Source: an uncultured Tenacibaculum sp. | GTDB taxonomy: Bacteria; Bacteroidota; Bacteroidia; Flavobacteriales; Flavobacteriaceae | NCBI RefSeq assembly: GCF_947495995.1 | Contig: NZ_CANMAX010000007.1 | Span: 1 to 64,000, forward strand | Direction: 5' to 3' | Length of the DNA: 64,000 bases | In this document: one piece after another, positions 9,376 to 19,406 of the stretch | Position numbering within the stretch: position 1 is the stretch's first letter | Layout: each line of letters begins with the position of its first letter | Made by a program: the position numbers and the translations under genes | Notes under the pieces: generated by a model | Told to the model about the DNA's origin: nothing | The model's database searches: none | The model's input: only the letters and a program-made list of their open reading frames with translations

Positions 9376-9795
9376 TTAGTTTTTTGTGATTTCAGATAAA
9401 ATTAAATGAGTTGTTGTATCTCCATAATCAATTAACTTATCTATAAATTCTTGTAAGTGTAATTGATTTCTTAAAGCTACTTTCATATGTATATTTTGTG
9501 AACCTGTAATCCGATATGCTTTTTTTATCTCAGAAAATTGATGAGATTCATTCATAAAAACCTTGAGCTTTCCACTGTATAATTTCAGTATAATAAAAGC
9601 TTCTATTCCGTAACCGATTTTCGCGTAATCAATATCTGCTGAATATTTTTTAATCACTTCATTGTCTTCAAGTTTTTGAACTCTTTCCCGAACAGCAGAA
9701 GGAGATAAGTTGATTTTTCTGCCTATATCGGCAAATGATATTCTAGAATTTATCTGTATTTCTTTCAGAATGGAAAGATCTATTTCGTCAACCAT
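9376..9795 (-). CDS. Lrp/AsnC family transcriptional regulator
   Basis: 139 aa with an N-terminal HTH (ILKEIQINSRISFADIGRKINLSPSAVRERVQKLE) and a C-terminal RAM domain. Confidence 0.9.
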   Translation of the reverse strand: MVDEIDLSILKEIQINSRISFADIGRKINLSPSAVRERVQKLEDNEVIKKYSADIDYAKIGYGIEAFIILKLYSGKLKVFMNESHQFSEIKKAYRITGSQNIHMKVALRNQLHLQEFIDKLIDYGDTTTHLILSEITKN

Positions 9796-9824
9796 TGAAT
9801 CGTTTGTTTGTTTTGTTTAAAAAG

Positions 9825-9865
9825 GTGAATTCAACTTAAAGTTTTATAAAGTGCAGTTGAATTAA
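9825..9865. promoter_or_regulatory. Inverted repeat in the Lrp/TauE divergent intergenic region; candidate Lrp operator
   Basis: TGAATTCAACT-N19-AGTTGAATTAA, with a 9-bp perfect inverted core AATTCAACT/AGTTGAATT. Confidence 0.4.
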
Positions 9866-9910
9866 TTTCCTACTAAAGTAATGGGTTTTTAATTTTGATT
9901 CAAGAATTTA

Positions 9911-10651
9911 TTGATTTTTTCTATTATGTCCTTAAGTGTGTTTTTGATCTTAATATTGGCAATTTTTCTAGGTTTTTTTATTCAAACTGTTGTTGGTTTT
10001 GCTGGTGCTTTAATTGCTTTACCAATTCTATTGATCGGAATGAGTTTGCAAGATGCAATAGCTTACCTAGCTTTATTCTATTTATATTCAAGTATCATCT
10101 TAGTTTCTAAAGAGTGGAAGAATATAGATAGACCTGTAATTCTTAAATTAGTTTTGGCTACTATTATAGGAGTTGGAATTGGTATTTGGGTGTTACAATT
10201 TGGAAAACCTTTAATCCTTAAAAAACTCTTAGGCGCTTTTATTCTTTTGTATGTTGTTTACACTACTTTTTTAATAAAAAATGAAGGTGTTAAAAATCCC
10301 AAATTAGGATTTGTGTTCGGGCTATTCGGAGGTTTTTTCTCTGGCTTATTTTCTACAGGAGGTCCTTTGTATGTTATGGTCGTTAAAAATGCAGTAGTTG
10401 ATATGAAGGTTTTTAGAGCTACAATGATTGGTGTTTTAGGTTTAATTACACTAACTAGAGTTCCGATTTTATATGCTCAAGATATTCTAACATTACATCA
10501 TGTTTACGATTCGTTGTTAGTTATACCTATATTTTTATTGGCAACGTTTTTAGGGAAAAAAATGTATTCGAAACTAAACGAAAATGCTCTAAAAAAGATG
10601 GTGTTGAGTTTGCTGTTTGTATCAGGTATTGTCTTATTGATTAAAAGTTAA
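9911..10651 (+). CDS. TauE/SafE family sulfite/anion exporter-like membrane protein
   Basis: 246 aa with about 7-8 TM helices and two-repeat topology, divergent from the Lrp regulator. Confidence 0.65.
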   Translation: MIFSIMSLSVFLILILAIFLGFFIQTVVGFAGALIALPILLIGMSLQDAIAYLALFYLYSSIILVSKEWKNIDRPVILKLVLATIIGVGIGIWVLQFGKPLILKKLLGAFILLYVVYTTFLIKNEGVKNPKLGFVFGLFGGFFSGLFSTGGPLYVMVVKNAVVDMKVFRATMIGVLGLITLTRVPILYAQDILTLHHVYDSLLVIPIFLLATFLGKKMYSKLNENALKKMVLSLLFVSGIVLLIKS

Positions 10652-11154
10652 TTAAACTCATCAATAAACTCTCTGCAAAATAAAACTATAGGTTCTAAAG
10701 CTTTGGTTTTATTTTCAAATAGTAAACTATATTCAATAGTTAAAGAGTATTTATTGTCTTTATGTTTGCCAAATATTGTAGGTTCGAAAGCTGTTTTATC
10801 TGCTATCCTTTTTAATTCTCTAAAACTTTTACTGTTTCTGAAAAATGAAGATATATTAGGAGTGGTTTTAGAAAATTTAAATCGATTACCTCTTAAAAAT
10901 AGACTGACAAAGTGATTTCTAGTGTGCATGTGAAATTCTAAGCTTTCTTTTTGTGTCTCAAAGTTCACATTAATACGTCCAACACCTGGATTTGTTCTAT
11001 TCCAAATACATATTTTTTTATCCTTATATGGTATTTCTAAATAAAGTTTTGTGGAAAAGTCTTTACCACCATTATCTAGAGTATATGTAATTTCTTCAGT
11101 ATTTAATTTACCGTCAAACTTTTTCTTAAGCCTTTCAAATTCTTCAATAAACAT
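10648..11154 (-). CDS. Hypothetical cytoplasmic protein
   Basis: 168-aa ORF with coding-like composition and no recognisable motif. Confidence 0.4.
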   Translation of the reverse strand: MFIEEFERLKKKFDGKLNTEEITYTLDNGGKDFSTKLYLEIPYKDKKICIWNRTNPGVGRINVNFETQKESLEFHMHTRNHFVSLFLRGNRFKFSKTTPNISSFFRNSKSFRELKRIADKTAFEPTIFGKHKDNKYSLTIEYSLLFENKTKALEPIVLFCREFIDEFN

Positions 11155-11163
11155 GTAAGCAAT

Positions 11164-11589
11164 TTATTTTATTCTTTCGAAAACAAAATCAATGGCAAAA
11201 TCGTCATTAGCAACTTTAGCTTTTAACTGATTTTCTTCTAACCAATATGAAATTACTTTAGGAAATTCGTTATTTGGATTCTTACAAGTAAATGAAGTGT
11301 TCGTTTGATCTGTGAATTGAAATAAAGTTGGTCTTTGATTTACACCAGTAACTTGTAAATATTTATTTCCCTTGACTTCAATAATGGATAAAATTTCTTT
11401 GAAAACAGTGTCTTTTTCCTGTAAAGAATAACCTAAACCATTGAAATTCTGATTCCATATTTCAAAAGTTTCTTTAGGACCTTCGTCGTTTACCCGTTTC
11501 CATTTACCAATTAAAAAGTCAGGTTTTTTAATTTCCTGCTTACAAGAGGTTATTAATAACAGAGAAAAAATAAAAAATAGCTGTTTCAT
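11164..11589 (-). CDS. Hypothetical lipoprotein
   Basis: Start trimmed to MKQLFFIFSLLLITSC (a lipobox), which removes the overlap with the prfA start. Confidence 0.45.
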   Translation of the reverse strand: MKQLFFIFSLLLITSCKQEIKKPDFLIGKWKRVNDEGPKETFEIWNQNFNGLGYSLQEKDTVFKEILSIIEVKGNKYLQVTGVNQRPTLFQFTDQTNTSFTCKNPNNEFPKVISYWLEENQLKAKVANDDFAIDFVFERIK

Positions 11590-11674
11590 ATCTAACAATT
11601 TTTGTTCATACGCTGATTTCCAGTACAACAAATTTAAAGAAAAGTCGTAAATTCGCACACCAACGAAAAGAATA

Positions 11675-12751
11675 ATGCTAGATAAATTACAGATTGTAAA
11701 ACAACGTTTCGATGAGGTTTCAGATTTAATCATTCAGCCGGATATTATTTCTGATCAAAAACGTTACGTTCAGTTAAATAAGGAATATAAAGATTTAGGT
11801 AAAGTTGTAAAGAAAGCAGACGAATATCAAACGCTTTTAAACAATATAGATGAAGCTAAAGAAATCATTGCTGATGGAAGTGATGCAGAAATGGTTGAAA
11901 TGGCTAAGATGGAGATGGATGAAGCTAAGAATAGAATCCCTGCTTTAGAAGAAGAGATCAAATTTTTATTAATTCCTAGAGATCCTGAAGATGGTAAAAA
12001 TGCTGTAGTAGAATTACGTGCAGGAACTGGAGGAGATGAAGCAAGTATTTTCGCTGGAGATTTATTTAGAATGTATTCTAAGTATTGTGAAGGTAGAGGT
12101 TGGAAAGTTTCAATTGTAGATTATAGCGAAGGAACGAATGGTGGATTTAAAGAAATTCAGTTTGAAGTTTCAGGAGAAGATGTTTACGGAACTTTAAAAT
12201 TTGAAGCTGGAGTTCACCGTGTACAACGTGTTCCTCAAACAGAAACTCAAGGTAGAGTTCATACATCGGCAGCAACTTGTATGGTTTTTCCTGAAGCTGA
12301 AGAATTTGATGTAGAAATTAATCCAAAAGATGTTCGTATCGATTTCTTCTGTTCATCTGGACCAGGAGGTCAGTCTGTAAATACAACTTATTCTGCAGTT
12401 CGTTTAACGCATATTCCAACAGGATTAGTGGCGCAATGTCAGGATCAAAAATCTCAGCATAAAAACAAAGAAAAAGCATTTAAAGTATTACGTTCTCGTT
12501 TATACGATTTAGAGTTGGCTAAAAAACAAGCAGAAGATGCTGCTAAACGTGGTTCTATGGTTACTTCTGGTGACCGTTCTGCAAAGATTAGAACGTATAA
12601 TTATCCACAAGGACGTGTTACCGATCATAGAATTGGTTTAACGTTATACGATTTACAAAATATTGTAAATGGAGATATCCAAAAAATTATAGATGAGTTA
12701 ATGCTCGCAGAAAATACTTCTAAGTTAAAAGAATTAGGAGAAACAATTTAA
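11675..12751 (+). CDS. prfA: Peptide chain release factor 1
   Basis: 358 aa with the GGQ motif ([11 protein letters not shown]), a PxT-type anticodon motif (VPQTETQGR) and class I RF architecture. Confidence 0.9.
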   Translation: MLDKLQIVKQRFDEVSDLIIQPDIISDQKRYVQLNKEYKDLGKVVKKADEYQTLLNNIDEAKEIIADGSDAEMVEMAKMEMDEAKNRIPALEEEIKFLLIPRDPEDGKNAVVELRAGTGGDEASIFAGDLFRMYSKYCEGRGWKVSIVDYSEGTNGGFKEIQFEVSGEDVYGTLKFEAGVHRVQRVPQTETQGRVHTSAATCMVFPEAEEFDVEINPKDVRIDFFCSSGPGGQSVNTTYSAVRLTHIPTGLVAQCQDQKSQHKNKEKAFKVLRSRLYDLELAKKQAEDAAKRGSMVTSGDRSAKIRTYNYPQGRVTDHRIGLTLYDLQNIVNGDIQKIIDELMLAENTSKLKELGETI

Positions 12752-12754
12752 TCA

Positions 12755-12780
12755 AAACGCAACCTCTGGTTGCGTTTTTT
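12755..12780 (+). terminator. Intrinsic terminator after prfA
   Basis: AAACGCAACCtctgGTTGCGTTTTTT. Confidence 0.85.
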
Positions 12781-12804
12781 GTCTCATAAAAGTTTATGTA
12801 ATTC

Positions 12805-13758
12805 ATGAGTTATAATAGAAAAGAGGTATTTACTGTTGCTTTTTACAATGTTGAAAATTTATTTGATACAGTTTCAGATCCTCATACAAATGATGATAAG
12901 TTTACACCTAAAGGTGAACGTAAATGGAACTATAACAGATATTGGAAAAAGATTAAGAAAATAAGTCATGTTATTTCTCAAATAGGGAAAGATACTTCAG
13001 GACATTTACCTGTATTAGTAGGTTTAGTTGAGGTTGAAAACACGACTGTTTTAAATGATCTTACTACACATAAAAACTTGATAAACTATGGATACAGATA
13101 TATTCATTATGAATCAAAAGATGAAAGAGGAATAGATACTGCTTTGATTTATAGAGATGAATTTTTTGATCCGGTTTCGTCGAAGCGGTATCATTTCGAT
13201 TTTGAAGATGAAGACGGAACTTTAGATTTTTCAAGAGATGTTTTATCTGTATCAGGTTTTTTAAACGGAGAATTGGTTCATATTATAGTTAATCATTGGC
13301 CATCAAGAAGAGAAGGAAAAGAAGAAACAGATCCTAAACGTTTCAGAGCTGCTGAAATTGTTCATGAAGCTATACAAGATATTAAAGCAAAGGATGAGCA
13401 GGCTAAAATTATTATTATGGGTGATTTTAACGATAATCCCGCTGATAAAAGTATACAAGGCTATTTAATGACAGAAGAGTTCTTTAATCCTATGGAAAAG
13501 CTTCATAAAAAAGATACTGGAACCTTAACATTTAAGAAGGAATGGCATTTATTTGATCAGATTATAGTTTCTAATGAGTTTTTAGAAGAAGGTCATTCCG
13601 ATCATCAATTTCTAAAAGCGAAAATATTTAATAAAAAATGGCTTCAAACTCACAAAGGAAAATACAAAGGAAGTCCATACAGAACTTACATTGGTCCGTG
13701 GTATAAAGGAGGTTTTTCTGATCACTTTCCCGTTTATATGCATATGACTAAACGATAA
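12805..13758 (+). CDS. Endonuclease/exonuclease/phosphatase (EEP) family protein
   Basis: 317 aa with the GDFN motif (IIMGDFNDNP) and a C-terminal SDH motif (FSDHFPV). Confidence 0.7.
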   Translation: MSYNRKEVFTVAFYNVENLFDTVSDPHTNDDKFTPKGERKWNYNRYWKKIKKISHVISQIGKDTSGHLPVLVGLVEVENTTVLNDLTTHKNLINYGYRYIHYESKDERGIDTALIYRDEFFDPVSSKRYHFDFEDEDGTLDFSRDVLSVSGFLNGELVHIIVNHWPSRREGKEETDPKRFRAAEIVHEAIQDIKAKDEQAKIIIMGDFNDNPADKSIQGYLMTEEFFNPMEKLHKKDTGTLTFKKEWHLFDQIIVSNEFLEEGHSDHQFLKAKIFNKKWLQTHKGKYKGSPYRTYIGPWYKGGFSDHFPVYMHMTKR

Positions 13759-13760
13759 TA

Positions 13761-13788
13761 AAAAACCAGCTGAAAAGCTGGTTTTTTT
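13761..13788. terminator. Bidirectional intrinsic terminator
   Basis: aaaaaCCAGCTgaaaAGCTGGttttttt. Confidence 0.85.
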
Positions 13789-13809
13789 ATTCTATATAAA
13801 ATTACTGAT

Positions 13810-15666
13810 TTATTCTACAGTAACCGATTTTGCTAAGTTTCTAGGTTGATCAACATTCTTACCTAACATTACAGCAATATGATACGATAATAATTGTAAA
13901 GGTATTGTTGTTAATAAAGGAGTAAATGCTTCTTCCGTTTCAGGAATTTCAATTACATGATCTGCAATTTCTTTTACAGTTACATCTCCTTCAGTAACGA
14001 TAGCGATAATTTTACCACTTCTAGACTTAATTTCCTGAATATTACTTACTACTTTTTCGTAATGACCTTTACGAGTTGCAATAACAAAAACAGGCATGTT
14101 TTCATCAATCAATGCAATTGGTCCGTGTTTCATTTCAGCAGCAGGATAACCCTCTGCATGGATATAAGAAATTTCTTTTAATTTTAAAGCACCTTCTAAA
14201 GCTACTGGGAAATTGAATCCACGACCTAAATATAAACAGTTAGTAGCGTCTTTATAGTGGTACGCTATTTTCTGAACGTCTTTATCTATTTTTAATAGTT
14301 TTTCAACTTGCTCAGGAATTTGATTCATTGTCTGTAGATACTTATTTACAGCAGTCTTAGATAATGTTCCTTTTGCTTGAGCTAGTTTTAAAGAAATTAA
14401 AGAAAGAATTGTGATTTGAGTTGTAAAAGCTTTAGTAGAAGCTACACCAATCTCTGGTCCAGCATGAGTGTAAGCACCAGCGTGAGTTTCTCTAGCGATT
14501 GAAGAACCTACAACATTACAGATTCCAAATACGAAAGCTCCTTTAGATTTTGCTAATTTTATAGCAGCAAGTGTATCAGCGGTTTCTCCTGATTGAGAAA
14601 TAGCTATAACTACATCTTTAGGTGTTATAATCGGGTTTCTATATCTAAATTCAGATGCGTACTCAACTTCTACAGGAATACGAGCCATATCTTCTAATAG
14701 ATATTCACCTACTAATCCAGCATGCCAAGACGTTCCACAAGCTATAATAATGATTCTATCTGCGTTTAAAAACTTAGATACATTATCATCTATCCCTGCC
14801 ATTCTGATGATTCCATCATTAGCAAGCATTCTTCCTCTAAAAGTATCTGTAATAGCTTTTGGTTGTTCGTAGATTTCCTTTAACATAAAGTGATCGTAAC
14901 CACCTTTTTCAATCTGATCAAGATTTAACTTTAATTCCTGAATTTTTGCATCAACAGGTTTATCATTGTCAATCTTACGAACTCTAATACCTCTACCTTT
15001 TTTAATGATAGCTAATTCACCATCTTCTAAATAAACAGCATCTTTAGTGAATTCTATGAAAGGTGAAGCATCAGAAGCAACAAAGAATTCTTCATTGTTT
15101 TTTCCAATACCAATTGCGATAGGGCTTCCTAATCTGGCAACAACTAATTCATTAGGTTTTGTTTTGTCAAAAACAGCTATAGCATACGCACCAATTACGT
15201 TTGTAAGTGCTAATTGTACAGCTTTACCTAACTTACATCCTTCTTTCTGTTTTACTTCCTCTATTAAGTTTATTAAAACTTCAGTATCGGTATCACTTTT
15301 AAATTCATATCCACGAGATACTAATTCCTTTTTTATTGTATCGTAATTTTCTATGATGCCATTGTGGACTATAACTAAGTTTCCTGATTGAGAAAAATGT
15401 GGATGAGAATTTACATCATTTGGTACTCCATGAGTAGCCCAGCGAGTATGCCCAATACCTATTTTTCCATTCTTTCTTGATTCATTGTTGTTTGTGATAA
15501 CTTCAAGATCAGAAACTTTACCTTTAGTTTTAGATAAGTTGATATCTTCCCCATCATACATCATTATCCCTGCACTATCATACCCACGATATTCTAATCT
15601 CTTAAGACCATTGATTACTATTGGATAGGCTTCCCTTTCTCCTATATATCCAGTAATTCCACACAT
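13810..15666 (-). CDS. glmS: Glutamine--fructose-6-phosphate aminotransferase
   Basis: 618 aa. MCGITGYIG carries the N-terminal nucleophile Cys2, followed by two SIS domains and the terminal ...VTVE. Confidence 0.95.
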   Translation of the reverse strand: MCGITGYIGEREAYPIVINGLKRLEYRGYDSAGIMMYDGEDINLSKTKGKVSDLEVITNNNESRKNGKIGIGHTRWATHGVPNDVNSHPHFSQSGNLVIVHNGIIENYDTIKKELVSRGYEFKSDTDTEVLINLIEEVKQKEGCKLGKAVQLALTNVIGAYAIAVFDKTKPNELVVARLGSPIAIGIGKNNEEFFVASDASPFIEFTKDAVYLEDGELAIIKKGRGIRVRKIDNDKPVDAKIQELKLNLDQIEKGGYDHFMLKEIYEQPKAITDTFRGRMLANDGIIRMAGIDDNVSKFLNADRIIIIACGTSWHAGLVGEYLLEDMARIPVEVEYASEFRYRNPIITPKDVVIAISQSGETADTLAAIKLAKSKGAFVFGICNVVGSSIARETHAGAYTHAGPEIGVASTKAFTTQITILSLISLKLAQAKGTLSKTAVNKYLQTMNQIPEQVEKLLKIDKDVQKIAYHYKDATNCLYLGRGFNFPVALEGALKLKEISYIHAEGYPAAEMKHGPIALIDENMPVFVIATRKGHYEKVVSNIQEIKSRSGKIIAIVTEGDVTVKEIADHVIEIPETEEAFTPLLTTIPLQLLSYHIAVMLGKNVDQPRNLAKSVTVE

Positions 15667-15681
15667 ATTTTTTGATTTTAA

Positions 15682-17226
15682 TTAGTTGTCTTCTTTCTCT
15701 TCTGTAAATGAAATAGTTAATTTGGCTCTTTTATCTCCGTTACTTATTGAATTATTAAGAATGGTAACCCCTCTAGGGTTCCAGTTGTATGTGTCTACAT
15801 TTAGGTTTCTTAGTGCTCCAGTACTAGGATCTACAGCTAAATCTGTTGGTGTATTGAATACCTTTAAAATCAAAGGTGAGTTTTCGTCAATTTCACCAGA
15901 TATTAAATCAGATACATAATCTGTGATACCAAAAGAGTAAGAACTCGGTTTAGCATCTACTATTGATAAACCTCCTCCGAATGAAGCAGCACCTTCAGTA
16001 ATAGCATCTTTAATTTGCTCATCTCCATTACTAGTTTCACGATATAAGAATAAACGTAAAGGAACTTTAGTAGTATCTCTTGAAGCATCGATATTAAATG
16101 TTAACGTAGCATCATTAATAAGAATGTTTCTTTCTCTTAATGTCTGTAATTCGTTCCCATTTAAAATATTAATCCTAGCCATACTTCCTGCTGTTCCCTG
16201 AATATTGAAACTAGTAGCAGTTGGAGCTGGACTTTGTGCAGCAGACATCTTATATTGACTGTTAGTTACCCCGCTTAATGTGAATGGATAGCTACTTAAA
16301 ACTGTATCTTTTACAACTCTAGCTCCATTTTCTATTTCTACTCTAGTTTCAGTGTAATAGAATTCAACTGACGGTCTAGTTGTGTTTAGTGTAATTGGAA
16401 CCATAGCTCCATCTGTTCCTTCAGCTTTTATAATCAATCCTTTGAAATATTGATTAAAAGCGTCTGTAGTAGAAAATTCAGGATCACCAAATTTGTCCCA
16501 AAATAATTCTTTCATTCTAGCTTTGTTAAGCTTAATTCTAATAAAAGGAATAGAATTGTTTAATTTAACTTCATCAAAGAAAGTACTACCTGTGCTCAAT
16601 TCCCTTTGAACAGGAAGAATAGTATCTACAGGGTTTGGAACATGAACATAATTTGGATTGTCATTTAAAAGTTCAAGTTCTGTATATGATTGATCAGATT
16701 CAAATGAATTTTGTTCTGAAGGATCATTTGGATTTAAACGGTTTAAGAAAGTTCCGTTTCTATATACTTTTATGGCTACAGGAACCTGATCGTTACCTAA
16801 AACAGAATCTAATCTAAATTCTGGAACTCCATTAGTTCCTCTACCTGTTTGAGTAGATTCGTAAGGAAGAATTAAATAAGCATCGTTAAATACATAAATA
16901 GAATCTAATTCATCTGTAGTTGAGTTTTGCTCAGTTCTTGGATTTGGAGTAATGTTTAACTGACTAATTATAGATGCTTCTACACGCTTATAATCGTTGT
17001 TGTTATAAACACCTAACCAATATTCTCCAAGATTACCAATCGCAATATTATCAGCTCTAACAGAACTAATATCTATTGGAGTAGTTTCTACTTCTAAAGT
17101 AATTTGATCTGTAGTAAAGTTATTATTACTAATTACATTTCCTCCGATCTCTCTAAAGTCTTTTTCACATGACATTACCAGTAAAAAGCTTACGAAAGCA
17201 GCAGATATATAAAAAATCTTTTTCAT
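15682..17226 (-). CDS. Hypothetical lipoprotein (DUF4270-like)
   Basis: 514 aa. The signal/lipobox reads MKKIFYISAAFVSFLLVMSC. It sits between glmS and a glycogen-synthase-like gene, a conserved Bacteroidota neighbourhood. Confidence 0.45.
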   Translation of the reverse strand: MKKIFYISAAFVSFLLVMSCEKDFREIGGNVISNNNFTTDQITLEVETTPIDISSVRADNIAIGNLGEYWLGVYNNNDYKRVEASIISQLNITPNPRTEQNSTTDELDSIYVFNDAYLILPYESTQTGRGTNGVPEFRLDSVLGNDQVPVAIKVYRNGTFLNRLNPNDPSEQNSFESDQSYTELELLNDNPNYVHVPNPVDTILPVQRELSTGSTFFDEVKLNNSIPFIRIKLNKARMKELFWDKFGDPEFSTTDAFNQYFKGLIIKAEGTDGAMVPITLNTTRPSVEFYYTETRVEIENGARVVKDTVLSSYPFTLSGVTNSQYKMSAAQSPAPTATSFNIQGTAGSMARINILNGNELQTLRERNILINDATLTFNIDASRDTTKVPLRLFLYRETSNGDEQIKDAITEGAASFGGGLSIVDAKPSSYSFGITDYVSDLISGEIDENSPLILKVFNTPTDLAVDPSTGALRNLNVDTYNWNPRGVTILNNSISNGDKRAKLTISFTEEKEDN

Positions 17227-17241
17227 TATGTTTGATAAATT

Positions 17242-18090
17242 TTAAGAATCTTGAAGTTCTAACACGTTTTCTTTGTAGAAGTCAAGATATGCTTCAGTTA
17301 AATACTCTTCAGATTGGTAGTCTAAAACAGTAACGCCACTTTCTGAGATGAATTGCTCTAAATCATCAGAAAATTCAGCACTACCTTTGATAACCGCATC
17401 TGAATTTAATAATGCATTCTTCAAAATATTTTCCTGATTAGGATCTTGAAGCAACGATACACTATCATTATCAACTTTATCAAACTTTACTTTATCAATA
17501 AGATTTTTGTTTAATTCTCCAGGGAATTCATTACTGTATAAAGAAGTAACAATTTTACTTTCACTAAATAAAGGCTCTTCTTTGTAGTATTCTTTTAAAT
17601 AAAGAGGAAGTAACGAAGCCATCCATCCATGAACATGAATAATGTCTGGTGCCCAATTTAATTTCTTAACAGTTTCAACTACACCTTTAGCGAAGAAAAT
17701 CATTCTTTCATCATTATCTTGAAATAACTTGTCATCTTCATCTGTGTAAATGGCCTTACGCTTAAAGTATTCGTCGTTGTCAATAAAGTAAACCTGCATT
17801 CTTTCTTTAGGAATTGAAGCTACTTTAATGATTAACGGCATATCCATATCGTTGATGATAAGATTCATACCCGACAATCTAATTACTTCATGTAACTGAT
17901 GTCTTCTTTCATTAATAACTCCAAAACGTGGCATGAAAATTCGCGTTTGAACCCCTTTAGAATGTGCATATTTAGCAACATTAAACGCCGTAGATGATAA
18001 TTCTGTTTCTGGTAAATACGGAATAACTTCCGAAGAAACATATAAAATTCTCTTATCCTTCATTAAATCGAACTCTTTATAAAGCGGCAA
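17242..18090 (-). CDS. Glycogen/starch synthase-like protein, N-terminal (GT5) domain only
   Basis: 282 aa. KRILYVSSEVIPY...HVHGWMASLLPLYLKEYY matches the N-terminal catalytic half of GlgA, but no C-terminal GT1 half is present. The true start is likely the M of MKDKRILYV (about 18063). Confidence 0.6.
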   Translation of the reverse strand: MPLYKEFDLMKDKRILYVSSEVIPYLPETELSSTAFNVAKYAHSKGVQTRIFMPRFGVINERRHQLHEVIRLSGMNLIINDMDMPLIIKVASIPKERMQVYFIDNDEYFKRKAIYTDEDDKLFQDNDERMIFFAKGVVETVKKLNWAPDIIHVHGWMASLLPLYLKEYYKEEPLFSESKIVTSLYSNEFPGELNKNLIDKVKFDKVDNDSVSLLQDPNQENILKNALLNSDAVIKGSAEFSDDLEQFISESGVTVLDYQSEEYLTEAYLDFYKENVLELQDS

Positions 18091-18127
18091 AACTACGAAA
18101 TTTTATGCTAAAATCCTGTTAAATTGC

Positions 18128-18135
18128 TAATTTTG
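18128..18135 (+). promoter_or_regulatory. -7 promoter element TAATTTTG for panC
   Basis: Lies 23 nt upstream of the ATG at 18159. Confidence 0.45.
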
Positions 18136-18158
18136 CTCGTATTCTAATAATTCTATAC

Positions 18159-19010
18159 ATGAAAATATTTACTTCAAAATCCGATTTGAAAAGTTACATT
18201 TCGTCAAAAAAGGAAGAAAAAAAGAAGATCGGATTTGTTCCAACTATGGGGGCGCTTCATCAAGGCCATATGTCTTTGGTAAAGAAATCGGTAAAGAAAA
18301 ATGACGTTACAGTTGTAAGCATTTTTGTTAACCCTACACAGTTTGATAATAAAGAAGATTTAGTTAAATATCCGAAAACGTTTGAGGAAGATGTAAAATT
18401 ATTAGAAAGTGGTTCTTGTGATGCTGTTTTTGTTCCTTCAGTTGATGAGATTTATGGTGAAAATATAATATCTGAGCGTTTTGATTTCGACGGATTAGAA
18501 CATCAAATGGAAGGAAAGTTTAGAGATGGTCATTTTGATGGAGTAGGTACAATTGTGAAAGCTTTATTTGAAATCGTTCAACCAGATGTTGCTTATTTTG
18601 GGAAAAAAGATTTTCAGCAGCTTCAAATCATAAAAAAAATGGTAGAGAAGTTAAAGTTGCCAATTAAAGTAAAGGGAATGCCAATTTTTAGAGAAGAAGA
18701 CGGATTAGCAATGAGCTCTAGAAATGCAAGATTAACTCCAGGACATCGAGAAGCAGCACCATTTATTCACAAAACGTTAAAGAAAGCTAGAAAAAAAACT
18801 GGTACAAAAAATGTTAAAGAAATCATTGAATGGGTTGAAAATCAATTTAAAAAACATCCGCTTTTAGAATTAGAATATTTTATAATTGCAGATGAAAAAA
18901 CATTGCAAACTGCTGAAAGTTTTGATGCTACAAAAAGATATAGAGCTTTTATTGCAGTTTTTGCAGGAGAAATAAGATTGATTGATAATGTCCGATTCCA
19001 AAACAATTAA
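18159..19010 (+). CDS. panC: Pantoate--beta-alanine ligase
   Basis: 283 aa with the HIGH-class motif GFVPTMGALHQGHMSL. Confidence 0.95.
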   Translation: MKIFTSKSDLKSYISSKKEEKKKIGFVPTMGALHQGHMSLVKKSVKKNDVTVVSIFVNPTQFDNKEDLVKYPKTFEEDVKLLESGSCDAVFVPSVDEIYGENIISERFDFDGLEHQMEGKFRDGHFDGVGTIVKALFEIVQPDVAYFGKKDFQQLQIIKKMVEKLKLPIKVKGMPIFREEDGLAMSSRNARLTPGHREAAPFIHKTLKKARKKTGTKNVKEIIEWVENQFKKHPLLELEYFIIADEKTLQTAESFDATKRYRAFIAVFAGEIRLIDNVRFQNN

Positions 19011-19054
19011 AATAATTAAAGAGTAAATTCTTTAAAAAACAGTATTTTTGTTGC

Positions 19055-19405
19055 ATGTTAGTACAAGTTGTAAAATCTAAAATTCACCGAGTTAAAGTAA
19101 CCGGTGCAGATTTAAATTATATTGGGAGCATTACTATTGATGAAGATTTAATGGATGCCGCTGGAATTATAGAAGGAGAACGAGTTCAGATTGTAAATAA
19201 CAATAACGGTGAGCGTTTAGAAACTTACGCAATTCCTGGACCAAGAAAAAGTGGAGAAATTACTTTAAATGGAGCTGCTGCCAGAAGAGTTCAAAAAGGA
19301 GATATTTTAATCTTAATCGTTTATGGATTCTTAGAGTTAGAAGAAGCAAAAAAGTTTAAACCACAATTAGTTTTCCCTAATGAGGAAACAAATTTACTAG
19401 AGTAG
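19055..19405 (+). CDS. panD: Aspartate 1-decarboxylase
   Basis: 116 aa with the [29 protein letters not shown] pro-enzyme cleavage region. Confidence 0.95.
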   Translation: MLVQVVKSKIHRVKVTGADLNYIGSITIDEDLMDAAGIIEGERVQIVNNNNGERLETYAIPGPRKSGEITLNGAAARRVQKGDILILIVYGFLELEEAKKFKPQLVFPNEETNLLE

Positions 19406-19406
19406 T

